The position numbers were made by a program, and so were the translations under genes. A stretch of 64,000 nt of DNA. It comes from Rubripirellula sp. Its GTDB lineage: Bacteria; Planctomycetota; Planctomycetia; Pirellulales; Pirellulaceae. The notes under the pieces were generated by a model. It was given only the letters and a program-made list of their open reading frames with translations, made no database searches and was not told where the DNA came from. The first letter of the stretch is position 1; each line of letters opens with the position of its first letter. Shown piece by piece: positions 54,463-64,000 of this stretch. The stretch covers positions 6,336,001 through 6,400,000 of the forward strand of contig OZ244207.1 in NCBI GenBank assembly GCA_965216875.1, written 5' to 3'.

Positions 54463-55119
54463 TCAGGCTGCCATACGTGGCGGTTCTGTCAGATCGGCAG
54501 CATCGTTTGGCGGTTCACTTTCAGCCTCTGCCGTCTCGTCTGACTTGACTTCCGAAGTGTCCACTTCGTCGTCTGCTTGTTCTTCTTCGTCCAAAGCGGC
54601 CATGGCCCGGTCCAGACGCTTCGATTCCGCTTCCACTTCAAGCCACCACCGATCGGCAACCTCAAGCTTGCGGATCTCGTCCAATAACGCTTGTGCCGAC
54701 TCGAGACGATCTTGATGGCGGTAAACGGATGTCAACAACAAGAGTGCCGGTGGATCGCGTGGTTCAATTGCTAGCACTTCGTTGAGGTAGTCTTCTGCCG
54801 CTTCCCACTCGCCTCGCAGGAAGGCGGCATGGGCCTCCGGAAAAACGTCTGGTTCATCACAGACGGCTCGCGGAGTGATCAATTCGGGTAGTTCGCGGAC
54901 GCTGCGATAAACGAACATGCCCCAGATCACCAATCCAACCCAAAAGGCAAGCGTCACGAGTCCGCCCGAAAGCCACTCTGGGTAACGGTAGCGTACGATC
55001 AACATCATGTTGAGCGCAAGGGCGAACGCGACCGCTGTCGGAATCGACGACAAGCGACCTCGCCACCAAAGTTCGGGAAGGCCTGGCCAAAGGCAGGTCA
55101 GGTAGTAACTCGCACCCAT
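54463..55119 (-). CDS. Hypothetical membrane protein with TPR-like repeats and acidic tail
   Basis: LWPGLPELW, two TM segments, TPR-like AFLRGEWEAAEDYL..P.D..ALLLL. Confidence 0.7.
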   Translation of the reverse strand: MGASYYLTCLWPGLPELWWRGRLSSIPTAVAFALALNMMLIVRYRYPEWLSGGLVTLAFWVGLVIWGMFVYRSVRELPELITPRAVCDEPDVFPEAHAAFLRGEWEAAEDYLNEVLAIEPRDPPALLLLTSVYRHQDRLESAQALLDEIRKLEVADRWWLEVEAESKRLDRAMAALDEEEQADDEVDTSEVKSDETAEAESEPPNDAADLTEPPRMAA

Positions 55120-55210
55120 GGAATGGTTCTTACGCCGAGAACCGGCCAAGAATCAAGGCTGTTGCGTGAAACACGATCTGAATGGGGGAACGCGCGCGGG
55201 TGAGGAAGAG

Positions 55211-55285
55211 AGGAACCACGAATGGCACGAATCACACGGAATAAGAGGAGGAACCACGGATAGCACAGATCACACGGATAAGAGA
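55211..55285. repeat. Two direct ~38-bp repeats with internal 9-nt CAC periodicity (family J-like)
   Basis: AGGAACCACGAATGGCACGAATCACACGGAATAAGAG and AGGAACCACGGATAGCACAGATCACACGGATAAGAG. Confidence 0.75.
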
Positions 55286-55308
55286 GTGAATCAAGAACGC
55301 GCCAAGAA

Positions 55309-56748
55309 TTACGCCAGACCTAACTCCCAAACACTTCGATAGGCGCCAGCGTTTTCGAAATAGTCCAACATCGAACCGTAGAAACGATGGCTGCCAAGGG
55401 TGGCGCTATCACCGAGAACGATGAGCTTTCGTCGCGCCCGCGTCAGCGCTACGTTGGTCCGGCGAGTATCCGAGAGAAAGCCGATTTCGCCCGATTCGTT
55501 GCTGCGGACCATCGTTAGCAGCACGACTTCTTTTTCACGTCCTTGGAATCCGTCGACGGTATCAATTTCGAGGTTGGGGTCGTCCAGTCGGTTTCGCAAC
55601 AAACGAACCTGAGCAGCGTAGGGCGCGATGATCGCGATTTGATTCGTAGCAACCCCCGACTCAATCAATTCACGAACTAAGTGAACGATGACGTTCGCCT
55701 CTTTCGGGTTCAGTTTGCTTTCGCCGTCCGGTTCGATCTCTTCAGTGAACTCGGCGCCTGCAGTGTCGATAAACTCAATCGGCGATTCGGTCGAATCGGA
55801 CGCGGCGACATCTGGCAAATCACAAAGCCGATGTGATTTGACCGACGCATCAGCAACCAGTGAGCCATCGTAGAACGACTGCGATGAGAAGTTCATGATC
55901 GATTCATGCATTCGATACTGAACGGTCAAGCGACGATAAACACTCTCCCCTTCCCTTTCGATCAAACGCTCCATCAATGATCGTTTCATTCCTTGCCGGG
56001 CCGCTTCGTCACTCAGCACGGTGGGCGGCAGTTGGCAATGGTCGCCCGCCAGGATCAATCGATCGGCTCGCAAAGCGGCTTGCCAGATTCCCTGCTCGGT
56101 CGATTGGCAACATTCGTCGATAACGATGGTGTCAAAGGTTCGATCGGCCAACAGGTCATCGTCGATGGTCGTGGTCGTACAAACCACATCGGCTGAATCG
56201 AGCACGGCGCGAATGACGGAGCGTTCAAAGGTTCGGATTTGTCCGCGTAGTTGACCCGCTTCGGCAAACAGTTCGCGTCGTCGACGATAGCCGTCGCGGC
56301 CACGAAAGTCTTTCGACGCTGCTCGCATCAGTTGTTCGACTTCGCGGCGCATGTCACGAATCACGTCGGTCGACGGATCGTTGTCGACGCGTTCATCAAG
56401 CGTGTGGCCGCGCAAGGCTTCGAACACGCGTGCAGGGTGTCCGACGCGGATGACATCGGCGAGCATCGACACAAGTTTTTCGAGCAAGTTGTCGACGCCC
56501 GTGTTGCTTGGCGCGCAGGCCAATACGCGGTCGCCTCGTTTGACCGCTTGGTAGATCACTTCAGCAAGAACGATCGTTTCGCCCGTTTTTTCGACATCCG
56601 CCTGAGCACGCATTTGGCGGCGACGGGCCATCCGCATCCGCTCCGCTTCACTCTCCAGTTCCAACCAACGCTCTAAAACGTCAAAGTACTGGTCACTGCT
56701 CGCCAAGTCGTCGAGGTTGATCCGTTCCGGTTGATTGGGTCGCGGCAT
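55309..56748 (-). CDS. SF1 IGHMBP2/Upf1-like helicase, apparently internally deleted (no Walker A); possible pseudogene
   Basis: CAPSNTGVDNL, IDECCQ, AGDHCQLPP, QYRMH, PYAAQV, TVDGFQGREK, NVALTRAR present; GPPGTGKT absent. Confidence 0.85.
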   Translation of the reverse strand: MPRPNQPERINLDDLASSDQYFDVLERWLELESEAERMRMARRRQMRAQADVEKTGETIVLAEVIYQAVKRGDRVLACAPSNTGVDNLLEKLVSMLADVIRVGHPARVFEALRGHTLDERVDNDPSTDVIRDMRREVEQLMRAASKDFRGRDGYRRRRELFAEAGQLRGQIRTFERSVIRAVLDSADVVCTTTTIDDDLLADRTFDTIVIDECCQSTEQGIWQAALRADRLILAGDHCQLPPTVLSDEAARQGMKRSLMERLIEREGESVYRRLTVQYRMHESIMNFSSQSFYDGSLVADASVKSHRLCDLPDVAASDSTESPIEFIDTAGAEFTEEIEPDGESKLNPKEANVIVHLVRELIESGVATNQIAIIAPYAAQVRLLRNRLDDPNLEIDTVDGFQGREKEVVLLTMVRSNESGEIGFLSDTRRTNVALTRARRKLIVLGDSATLGSHRFYGSMLDYFENAGAYRSVWELGLA

Positions 56749-56777
56749 GTAGGGGGCTTCAGAAGAGCTTTGTCAGG

Positions 56778-57062
56778 TTGGAAACTGTGTTGATCGCGAT
56801 TTTTGTTTGGATGTTGGTTTGCAGCGTGATGACTGCGGGAATGTACCTGTGGGACAAGCGAGCCGCAATCAAAGACAAGCCTCGCGTTGCCGAGAAAACT
56901 CTACTGGTTTGGTCACTGCTCGGTGGCTGGCCCGGTGCGTTGATCGCGGGGAAGAAGATCCGCCACAAGACAATCAAGGGCTCTTACCGCATCAAGTTTG
57001 TCGCAGCCAGTTTGCTGAATATCGCGGTCGTCTCTCTGGTACTTTGGTTCCGCTATGGCTGA
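56778..57062 (+). CDS. DUF1294 small membrane protein
   Basis: YLWDKRAA..RVAEKTL..LGGWPGA..RHKT.K. Confidence 0.88.
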   Translation: METVLIAIFVWMLVCSVMTAGMYLWDKRAAIKDKPRVAEKTLLVWSLLGGWPGALIAGKKIRHKTIKGSYRIKFVAASLLNIAVVSLVLWFRYG

Positions 57063-57486
57063 GTTTATTGAAATCCAATGGCGGTCCGACCGCTATGAAG
57101 AAGAAGTCGCCCTGCGGGATCGTTTGCTGCGCAGTCCACTCGGTTTGGTTTTTGATCAAGACGATCTGGCCGCCGAAAAGGATCACCTGCATTTTGGATT
57201 GTTGGAAAACGACATCCTCATCGCCTGCCTGGTCATCACGCCAATGTCGCCAAGCCACGGCAAGATTCGTCAGATGTGTGTCGACGAGGCTCGGCAACGA
57301 TCGGGATTGGGAGCGATGTTGGTGAGTGCCGTCGAACGCGAGCTTGTCGAGCGGGGATTCAAGTCGGTCGAGCTCGCTGCACGCGACATCGCCACTGGCT
57401 TCTACGAAAGACTCGGCTACACCGTCGATGGCGAACCCTTTATCGAAGTGACGATTCCACACTACAAGATGATCAAGCGACTGTAG
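57055..57486 (+). CDS. GNAT acetyltransferase (ElaA/YjcF-like)
   Basis: RQMCVD..QRSGLG, FYERLGY, FIEVTIPHYKM. Confidence 0.88.
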   Translation: MAEFIEIQWRSDRYEEEVALRDRLLRSPLGLVFDQDDLAAEKDHLHFGLLENDILIACLVITPMSPSHGKIRQMCVDEARQRSGLGAMLVSAVERELVERGFKSVELAARDIATGFYERLGYTVDGEPFIEVTIPHYKMIKRL

Positions 57487-57491
57487 GCAGG

Positions 57492-57596
57492 AATCACCCT
57501 CCCGTTTGCGGGAGGGTCGGGCGCTAAGGCCCGGGGAGGGAATCATCCATATAAACCCTCTCCGGGCCTTAGAGCCCGACTCTCCCAAGGGAGAGT
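57492..57596. repeat. Composite palindromic repeat, family I, copy 3
   Basis: AATCACCCTCCCGTTTGCGGGAGGGTCGG..AAACCCTCTCCGGG..CCGACTCTCCCAAGGGAGAGT, homologous to 3303-3412. Confidence 0.85.
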
Positions 57597-57656
57597 TTTT
57601 TGCGAACCATGGTGGCACCAAGATTGCAATCCGCAGCAAGAGTGCCAATCCGACCA

Positions 57657-60600
57657 CTACTTCCCCAACAACTTTTCGCATCGTTTGGGCGACACCTTCA
57701 CGGATGTTCCGAGCGGTTGCGCAAAGAGACTGACTCGCAATTCTTCGGCCATCCAGCGAAACTCGGTTGTCGCTTGGTAGCCAGGCGTCCTCTGATCTTG
57801 GGGAAGCGATTCGATCCAGCGATCCCAAAGTGACGTGACCGTTTCAGCAAGTTCCGCATCGCGCGTTGCCGAACTGCGTATCTTGTCGATTCGATACGCG
57901 ATCGCTTGAAAGTATCGCGGGTAATGCTTGAGCCATTGCCACGGCGTGACCGACAGGAATTGATCGGCTAGCAGCCATTGCAGTTGGAATTGAATGTCCT
58001 TGGAAGCCTCGGCGAACCGGTCGCTTTGCATCGATTCGATTTCTTTTCGGGCTGCAAAGTAACTTTCGGAGAGCCCGGTTAACCACGTGGCAACTTCTTG
58101 AGCCGCCTGGGCAATGCGAGTCCCACGGTTGCCGCGTCGCGCGTCAAACTCGACTTGAGTTCGAATCGGTTGGGCACCTTCAACGAAGGCGATGCGCGCC
58201 AGAAGGTCAACCAGCGATGACTCCATGTTGCTGGCCGAGATCGCGCCGCCCAGTTTGATCTTTGCCTGTTCGAGGGACGGCAGCCATCGGACTTGGCTGC
58301 GCAGTTCTTTTCGTTCCGCGAGTGCGTAAAGCCGCATTGCGCCGACGCGAAGCGATGCGTCGGCAGTCGTTTGATCGGCAAAGATTGTCGTTCCAGCGGC
58401 GTCGCCGAGGTCGACCAAGCCCGGATACTGTGCGACTTGCACGCCACCGCGCGATTGGATCACTTCTTTGGGAAGCGACTCGATTTCGAATGTTGTCATG
58501 CGGTCGCGAGCCCAATCGGCATTGTCGCTGGGCGCTGTGGCGGAATCTTGCGGTTTGGCGGAACCGACCTTTGCGCGAAGTGGTTCAACGCTGCGACCTT
58601 CAGCCACTTTTTTGCCATCGTCATTGACAACGGTCACCAGGAATTCGTGGTGATGATCCAGCTTGTCGGATTGAAAGTCGGCTGGTGTGACCGGCATTTC
58701 GGCGTGCCGAGTCATCGCGGCACAGGCGGCTTGCATGAAGGGGACGTTTCCATAGTCGGATTCGAGTTCGGATGCGATTCGAGTGGCCACGTCCGCGGCG
58801 GGAACCAGGTTGCGACGAATCCGCTTGGGAAGTGATTTGATCATGCCAACAAGCTTGGCGTGCAACAGCCCAGGGACGAGCCAACCGAGTCGATCGTCGC
58901 TCACCTGTGACAACGCTGCCTCGTGAATCTTGACATTCACGCCATCGTTTTCGGCGCCCGGTTCGAAGCGATACTTCAATGGCAATCGTGTGCTTCCCAC
59001 GACCAATTCGTCCGGGAAATCCTCTTGCGCGATCACATCACTTGTGACATCAAGCAAGTCTTCGGGACGCATGTAAGGGGTCGCGTCGCCGGAGCTCTCA
59101 GGTGGCGACGCCAGCCAAGCGGAAACATCGGCTGCGTTACGCAATTGGCGCGTCCAGTCGGGGGCGTCGATCGACCGGTCAAACTTTTCGAGTCGGCCGC
59201 GATCAAATACTTCTTGAGGCAAGCGCGATTGATAAAAACGTGAAACGATGTACGAATCAATGACAAGATCGCGTCGACGCGTCTTCGCAGCCAGCGACGC
59301 AATCGATTCGGCGAGTTGGCGGTTGTGCCGCACGAACTTGGCGTTGGTGCGCAGACCATCTTCGGCAAGCCCCGAGTCGATCAGCAGGTCGCGCGCGGTG
59401 GTCGGATCGATGGGAGCAAGCGGAACGCGCCGTCGCGCGACAACCGGCAGCCCAAAGAGTGATTGCCGCAAGTAGCAAAACGCACCGCTCGATTTGGTGC
59501 TCCAATGCGGGTCGCTGTGTGACGATTTCAAAAGGTGTGCACCAACCGCTTCGACCCACTGCGGTTGGACCATCGCAACCGTTCGTGCGTATTGCTTGGC
59601 GGTCTCGACAAGTTCCGCGGCGACGATCCATTTGGGCTTTGTGGCAAAGACACCGCTGCCAGGCCAAAGGAAGAGTTTCAGTCCGCCCGCGCCGGTGTAT
59701 TCGTTCTTATCGCCAGCCATTGCGACACCCGAGAGCAACCCGGCGAGCAGAGCTTGGTGAATCGAAGCGTACCGGTCGTCGTCGACAAGCTTGTCGGGAT
59801 CTTCGACAAAGCGAGGCTTGCCGATCTTGGTGCGTTTCTTTTTGTCGCCGACCGTCATCGCCATTTCACGGAGTTGCCGATAAATGTCGGACCACTCGCG
59901 CATCCGCGTTGGCGAGAGGAACTGCTTCCTTAACACTCGCGTCAATTTGTTGCGGCTATGTTCACTTCGAGCCGATTCGTAGTATCGCCAAAGCCGCAGA
60001 TAGGAAAGGAAATCGCTGCGTGGATCCGCGAAGGGTGCGTGCGCGGTATCGGCGGCCTGTTGCTTCTCGGGTGGACGATCGCGCGGGTCAGGGATCTCGA
60101 GTGCCGCGGCGATGGGCAACACTTCGGCAAGGACGCCATGGTCGGCTGCCGCCAAGATGATGCGGCCAACGCGTGGATCGACCGGCATTCGACCGAGCTT
60201 CCAACCAATGTCGGTCAACTCGCGATCGTCATCGAGAGCACCAAGTTCGGTCAGTGTGCGAATGCCTTCGCGAATCGTTTCCGGTCGCGGTGGGTCGAGC
60301 AGCGGGAATTCTTCTAGCCGACCAAGCTTGAGTGTTTTGGTTTGCAGGACGACCGACGCGAGGTTGGTACGCCGAATCTCGGGAGTCGTGTAGGCGTCGC
60401 GCGTCTGGTAATCCTCGTCACTGTAAAGGCGCACGCAGACGCCTGGTCCAACGCGACCGCAACGGCCCGCACGCTGGTCGGCGCTGGCGCGGCTTACCGG
60501 TTCGATGGGCAACCGTTGCAGTTTGCTGCGTGGACTGTAGCGACTGATGCGCGCCATTCCCGCGTCAATCACGTAACGAATGCCGGGGACAGTCAGCGAG

Positions 60601-61754
60601 CTTTCGGCGACATTGGTTGCAAAGATGATCCGACGAACCTTGCCGGTCGGTTGAAAGATGCGTTGTTGTTCGGCTTGTGGGAGTCGTGCGTAGAGCGGAA
60701 GGAGGTCGACCCGGTTTTCGATGCCGAGGCGTTTGAAGTGGCCACGAACTCGGTGCGAGACATCGCGAATGTCGCGTTCAGTTGGCAAGAAGACAAGCGC
60801 ATCGCCCTCGCCGCTGCGTGTGATTGAGTCGATGCCTGCGATGACGTGGCGGGCGAGGTCGTAGCCCCGCATGCCATCATCGACAACTTCTTCCCAGGGC
60901 AGATAACGAATCTCGACCGGGTAACCGCGGCCTTCGACGTTGACGATTGGGGCCGGGCCCGACTCGTCAGAAAAATGTTCGGCGAAGCGTTCGGCGTCGA
61001 TCGTCGCCGAGGTGATGATGATCTTGAGTTCGGGCCGTTTCGCTTGAAGACGTCGAAGGTAGCCAAGCAGAAAGTCGATGTTCAACGATCGCTCGTGAGC
61101 TTCGTCAATGATGATCGCATCGTAGGCATCGAGAAAGCGATCCGATTGGGTTTCGGCAAGCAGGATGCCGTCGGTCATTAACTTGATCAGCGTCTCGGGA
61201 CTGGTTTGGTCACCGAATCGAACTTGATAGCCGACCCATTTTCCCAGCGGCGTGCCGAGTTCGTCGGAGAGTCTCGAGGCAATGCTGCGGGCGGCGAGGC
61301 GGCGTGGTTGGGTGTGGCCGATCATTGCCTCGCGACCGAGTCCCGCTTCGAGGCAAAGTTTCGGCAGCTGCGTGCTCTTACCACTTCCTGTTTCGCCGCA
61401 AACGACGATGACTTGGTTTTCCCGGATAAGTTTGACCAGCTCGTCGCGATGTTCCGAGATCGGCAACTCGGCCGCGTATTCGATTTTCGGCGTGGCCGCT
61501 TTGCGCTTTTCAAGTTGTTCGATCGAACGTTGCAGCCGCTCTTGATAGACCTCGGGTTTGAGCCGTTTCTTGGCCCGCCGCAATCGGTAGCGATCGATCC
61601 GCATGGCATCAGAAAGCGAACCGGGTTGCTCGATCGGATCGGGCGCTTGCTCCGACGCGAGCGTTTGCTCCGACTCGGCGCGAGCTTGTTCCGTGGCTGC
61701 GGGCTCGCGCGCGAGTTGGGTATCGAGTCGGGGGCTAGAGGGTTTTGCGTTCAT
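57657..61754 (-). CDS. hrpA: ATP-dependent RNA helicase HrpA
   Basis: GETGSGKSTQLPK, HTQPRRLAA, DEAHERS, SAT, QRAGRCGR, C-terminal EELRVSLFAQ. Confidence 0.96.
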   Translation of the reverse strand: MNAKPSSPRLDTQLAREPAATEQARAESEQTLASEQAPDPIEQPGSLSDAMRIDRYRLRRAKKRLKPEVYQERLQRSIEQLEKRKAATPKIEYAAELPISEHRDELVKLIRENQVIVVCGETGSGKSTQLPKLCLEAGLGREAMIGHTQPRRLAARSIASRLSDELGTPLGKWVGYQVRFGDQTSPETLIKLMTDGILLAETQSDRFLDAYDAIIIDEAHERSLNIDFLLGYLRRLQAKRPELKIIITSATIDAERFAEHFSDESGPAPIVNVEGRGYPVEIRYLPWEEVVDDGMRGYDLARHVIAGIDSITRSGEGDALVFLPTERDIRDVSHRVRGHFKRLGIENRVDLLPLYARLPQAEQQRIFQPTGKVRRIIFATNVAESSLTVPGIRYVIDAGMARISRYSPRSKLQRLPIEPVSRASADQRAGRCGRVGPGVCVRLYSDEDYQTRDAYTTPEIRRTNLASVVLQTKTLKLGRLEEFPLLDPPRPETIREGIRTLTELGALDDDRELTDIGWKLGRMPVDPRVGRIILAAADHGVLAEVLPIAAALEIPDPRDRPPEKQQAADTAHAPFADPRSDFLSYLRLWRYYESARSEHSRNKLTRVLRKQFLSPTRMREWSDIYRQLREMAMTVGDKKKRTKIGKPRFVEDPDKLVDDDRYASIHQALLAGLLSGVAMAGDKNEYTGAGGLKLFLWPGSGVFATKPKWIVAAELVETAKQYARTVAMVQPQWVEAVGAHLLKSSHSDPHWSTKSSGAFCYLRQSLFGLPVVARRRVPLAPIDPTTARDLLIDSGLAEDGLRTNAKFVRHNRQLAESIASLAAKTRRRDLVIDSYIVSRFYQSRLPQEVFDRGRLEKFDRSIDAPDWTRQLRNAADVSAWLASPPESSGDATPYMRPEDLLDVTSDVIAQEDFPDELVVGSTRLPLKYRFEPGAENDGVNVKIHEAALSQVSDDRLGWLVPGLLHAKLVGMIKSLPKRIRRNLVPAADVATRIASELESDYGNVPFMQAACAAMTRHAEMPVTPADFQSDKLDHHHEFLVTVVNDDGKKVAEGRSVEPLRAKVGSAKPQDSATAPSDNADWARDRMTTFEIESLPKEVIQSRGGVQVAQYPGLVDLGDAAGTTIFADQTTADASLRVGAMRLYALAERKELRSQVRWLPSLEQAKIKLGGAISASNMESSLVDLLARIAFVEGAQPIRTQVEFDARRGNRGTRIAQAAQEVATWLTGLSESYFAARKEIESMQSDRFAEASKDIQFQLQWLLADQFLSVTPWQWLKHYPRYFQAIAYRIDKIRSSATRDAELAETVTSLWDRWIESLPQDQRTPGYQATTEFRWMAEELRVSLFAQPLGTSVKVSPKRCEKLLGK

Positions 61755-61799
61755 GGTAGTTTGGCGACGTTTATGGGACCTCGACGTCGCTCACATTAT

Positions 61800-63593
61800 T
61801 CACAGTGGCCAAACTTCGGGAATCACCACCATGGCGACCGCAAACACAATGGCGTTGAGCGGCAAGCCAAATCGAACGTAGTCGGACATGTGATAACCAC
61901 CGACACCGTAGACCATCATGTTGGTTTGGTAGCCAAAGGGCGTTAGAAAACTCGCGGATGCCGCGATCATGACCGCGATCACAAACGGAGTTTCTTCGGC
62001 TCCCACCTTGCCTGCGGTTTGCATCGCGATCGAGAACATCAGCACTGCAGCGGCGTTGTTTGTAATCAATTCGGTGCAAATCACGGTGGCCAGGTAGACC
62101 GCCGCCAGAGAGAGACGCGGGTCACCACCAGCAAGGTTCAGTAGTCCGCTTGCGATTGACGATGCAGCACCACTCTTGTCGAGCGCCGCGCCGATTCCCA
62201 ACGCCGCTCCGATCACGATCAACACCGACCAATCGATGCTGCGGCGCGCTTCGGAGGTCGTGCAGCAGCGAAACCCGATCATGGCCAACGCGGCAATCAA
62301 GGCTGCTGTCACGATCGCGACCACTTTAAAGGCGGCTGCAATCACCATCGCGGCCATGACGATGATGGCTGTCCAAGCCAGTTCGCTGCGGCGGACCGTT
62401 CCCTTTTCAACCGCCGAGACCAAAAAGAAGTCGCGTGATTCACGCCGGCGGTGCATGAACGATGGCGACGCTTCAAGCAGCAGGACGTCGCCTGTTTCCA
62501 AACGCACGTCACCGAGCTTTCCGGTCAGTCGACGGCCGCCCCGTGCAACCGCAACAACCGCAGCGTTGTAGTGCGAACGGAACCTGCCTTCGCGGATCGT
62601 TTTGCCAAGCAGTGCACAGCGTGAGCTAACGACCGCTTCGACCAAAGTGCGCCGCCAAGCTGGGACCTTGAGTTTACGCGCTTGGTCGTCTGGAACGTTG
62701 AGCCCGCGGATCTTGCGCAGGTCGACAACACTGTCGAGTGCGCCGACAAGAATCAAAACATCACTCGCTCGAAGACGCTCATTGGGTTTTGCGGCGGCGA
62801 TCACGCCGTCTTCGCGTTGGACCTCGGCGACGTAGAGTCCGGGTAGGTGTCGAAGTCCTGCGTCTTCAATCGTTTGTCCGACGAGGGGGCCGTGTGGATC
62901 GACTTCCATTTCGACGGTGTACTGTCGTGGGTCGTCCGAAACGCTCACCGCCGGTCGCCGGTCGGGAATGAGTTTGCGTGAGGCGACGACGATGTAGATC
63001 AATCCGAGGATCGTTGCCGGAACGCCGACGGCTGCGGGGGCAAAAAAGCCAAGCGATGGCAGCTTGGGATTTCGCATCGTGTACAGATCACTAACGATCA
63101 GATTGGTACTCGTTCCCATCACCGTGCACATCCCGCCAAGAATCGCGGCATAGGACAACGGCAAAAGCAGCTTGCTGGTGCTGGCCGAAATCCGTTTGGC
63201 AAGATCACCAACAACTGGCAACAGCGCGGCGACAACCGGCGTGTTGTTTAGAAAACCACTCAGGATTGAAACGGGGACAAGCAGCCGAACCTGGGCATCG
63301 GTCAGTCCCTTCGCTTTGCGCAGCAGCCAACCCGTGGCAAGTTCGGTCCCGCCCGTGAACTCCAAGCCGGCGACAACGGCAAACAACAAGCCAACGGTGA
63401 TCAGACCCTTGTTGCCGAAACCGGCGACCGCTTCTTCGGGCGTTGGCAGCCCGGTCGACTGGGTCACGTTCTGGGCGAGCATGAGCACGGCCAGGCACGC
63501 AAGCGCGAGCACTTCGGTCGCTGCGATTCGCAGCGCCAGAGAGATCAGTAGCGTGCCGGCGACCCCGATGGCCAACCATGCTTCCCAAGTCAT
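61800..63593 (-). CDS. SLC13/DASS-family permease with TrkA-C domains
   Basis: SGFLNNTPVVA, PLSYAAILGG..GTSTNL, two RCK_C repeats, ELITNNAAA, TPFGYQTNMMVYG. Confidence 0.9.
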   Translation of the reverse strand: MTWEAWLAIGVAGTLLISLALRIAATEVLALACLAVLMLAQNVTQSTGLPTPEEAVAGFGNKGLITVGLLFAVVAGLEFTGGTELATGWLLRKAKGLTDAQVRLLVPVSILSGFLNNTPVVAALLPVVGDLAKRISASTSKLLLPLSYAAILGGMCTVMGTSTNLIVSDLYTMRNPKLPSLGFFAPAAVGVPATILGLIYIVVASRKLIPDRRPAVSVSDDPRQYTVEMEVDPHGPLVGQTIEDAGLRHLPGLYVAEVQREDGVIAAAKPNERLRASDVLILVGALDSVVDLRKIRGLNVPDDQARKLKVPAWRRTLVEAVVSSRCALLGKTIREGRFRSHYNAAVVAVARGGRRLTGKLGDVRLETGDVLLLEASPSFMHRRRESRDFFLVSAVEKGTVRRSELAWTAIIVMAAMVIAAAFKVVAIVTAALIAALAMIGFRCCTTSEARRSIDWSVLIVIGAALGIGAALDKSGAASSIASGLLNLAGGDPRLSLAAVYLATVICTELITNNAAAVLMFSIAMQTAGKVGAEETPFVIAVMIAASASFLTPFGYQTNMMVYGVGGYHMSDYVRFGLPLNAIVFAVAMVVIPEVWPL

Positions 63594-64000
63594 CAAATCA
63601 TTCGCAAAGGGATCGGTTCGGAATGTTCCGCGTTACCCAACATTCAAGTCAGCCCGGTCGATTCATCAAGTGCCCTTCCAATGAATCACTGTTGGGGCAG
63701 ATTCACCAAGATGATCGTCGGATGACAAAGAAAACACCACACGGGTTCTCGAGCAGTCTGGCCGGTCGCGTCCGATGAAATCCCGCGAAATGTAGGGGGA
63801 TTCGAGCCCAATCGGTCTCGGCGGGGTTGGACCGGGCCTGTACTGGGAAATCGGCAGATCGGCTCGCGCGACACACCGGAACCGGTGATTTCGTCGAAAT
63901 CGCGACTCAATTACACTGCTTCGGACCCAAATCATGCCCAAAACGGTTCGCGCTTTCCGACCGATTTCGGACGTGCCGCCTTCCTTTCCTCCTCCGGCTC

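Noticed and set aside
56992..57828. 278-aa minus-strand ORF after hrpA
   Set aside because: Overlaps the hrpA end in another frame, a family I repeat and the GNAT gene antisense.
63790..63870. tRNA-like GGGGGATTCGAGCCC string
   Set aside because: No cloverleaf or acceptor stem can be built around it.

Overview
A gene-dense bacterial chromosome segment. Gene content (DUF1501/DUF1800 pair, secretin-N-only protein, MMPL paralogues, repeat families) suggests a marine planctomycete such as Pirellulaceae; this is an inference. About 37 CDS are present, mostly housekeeping and transport genes: a MutS-like fragment, D,D-carboxypeptidase, NhaC, ggt, LOG, nhaA, GMC oxidoreductase, aspC, purB, mutL, an HtrA protease, glgC, a GGDEF protein, a POT transporter, two MMPLs, a tetraheme cytochrome c, epmA, a ThiF/MoeB protein, clpC, an SF1 helicase, hrpA and an SLC13 permease. 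I found no rRNA, tRNA, CRISPR array, transposase or prophage gene. Main unexplained signals: (1) about 13 intergenic clusters built from roughly ten distinct REP/REPIN-like families, mixed, nested and tandemly amplified, with no RAYT in the window; (2) an IGHMBP2/Upf1-like helicase with an apparent in-frame deletion that removes Walker A; (3) a HAD nucleotidase whose catalytic motif lies upstream of its first in-frame ATG; (4) a 36-48 kb locus (MMPL, GT-C glycosyltransferase, pseudo-JmjC, tetraheme cytochrome, barrel-less secretin-like protein, MMPL) that could be an undescribed envelope/export module. All calls are by-eye motif recognition without database searches.
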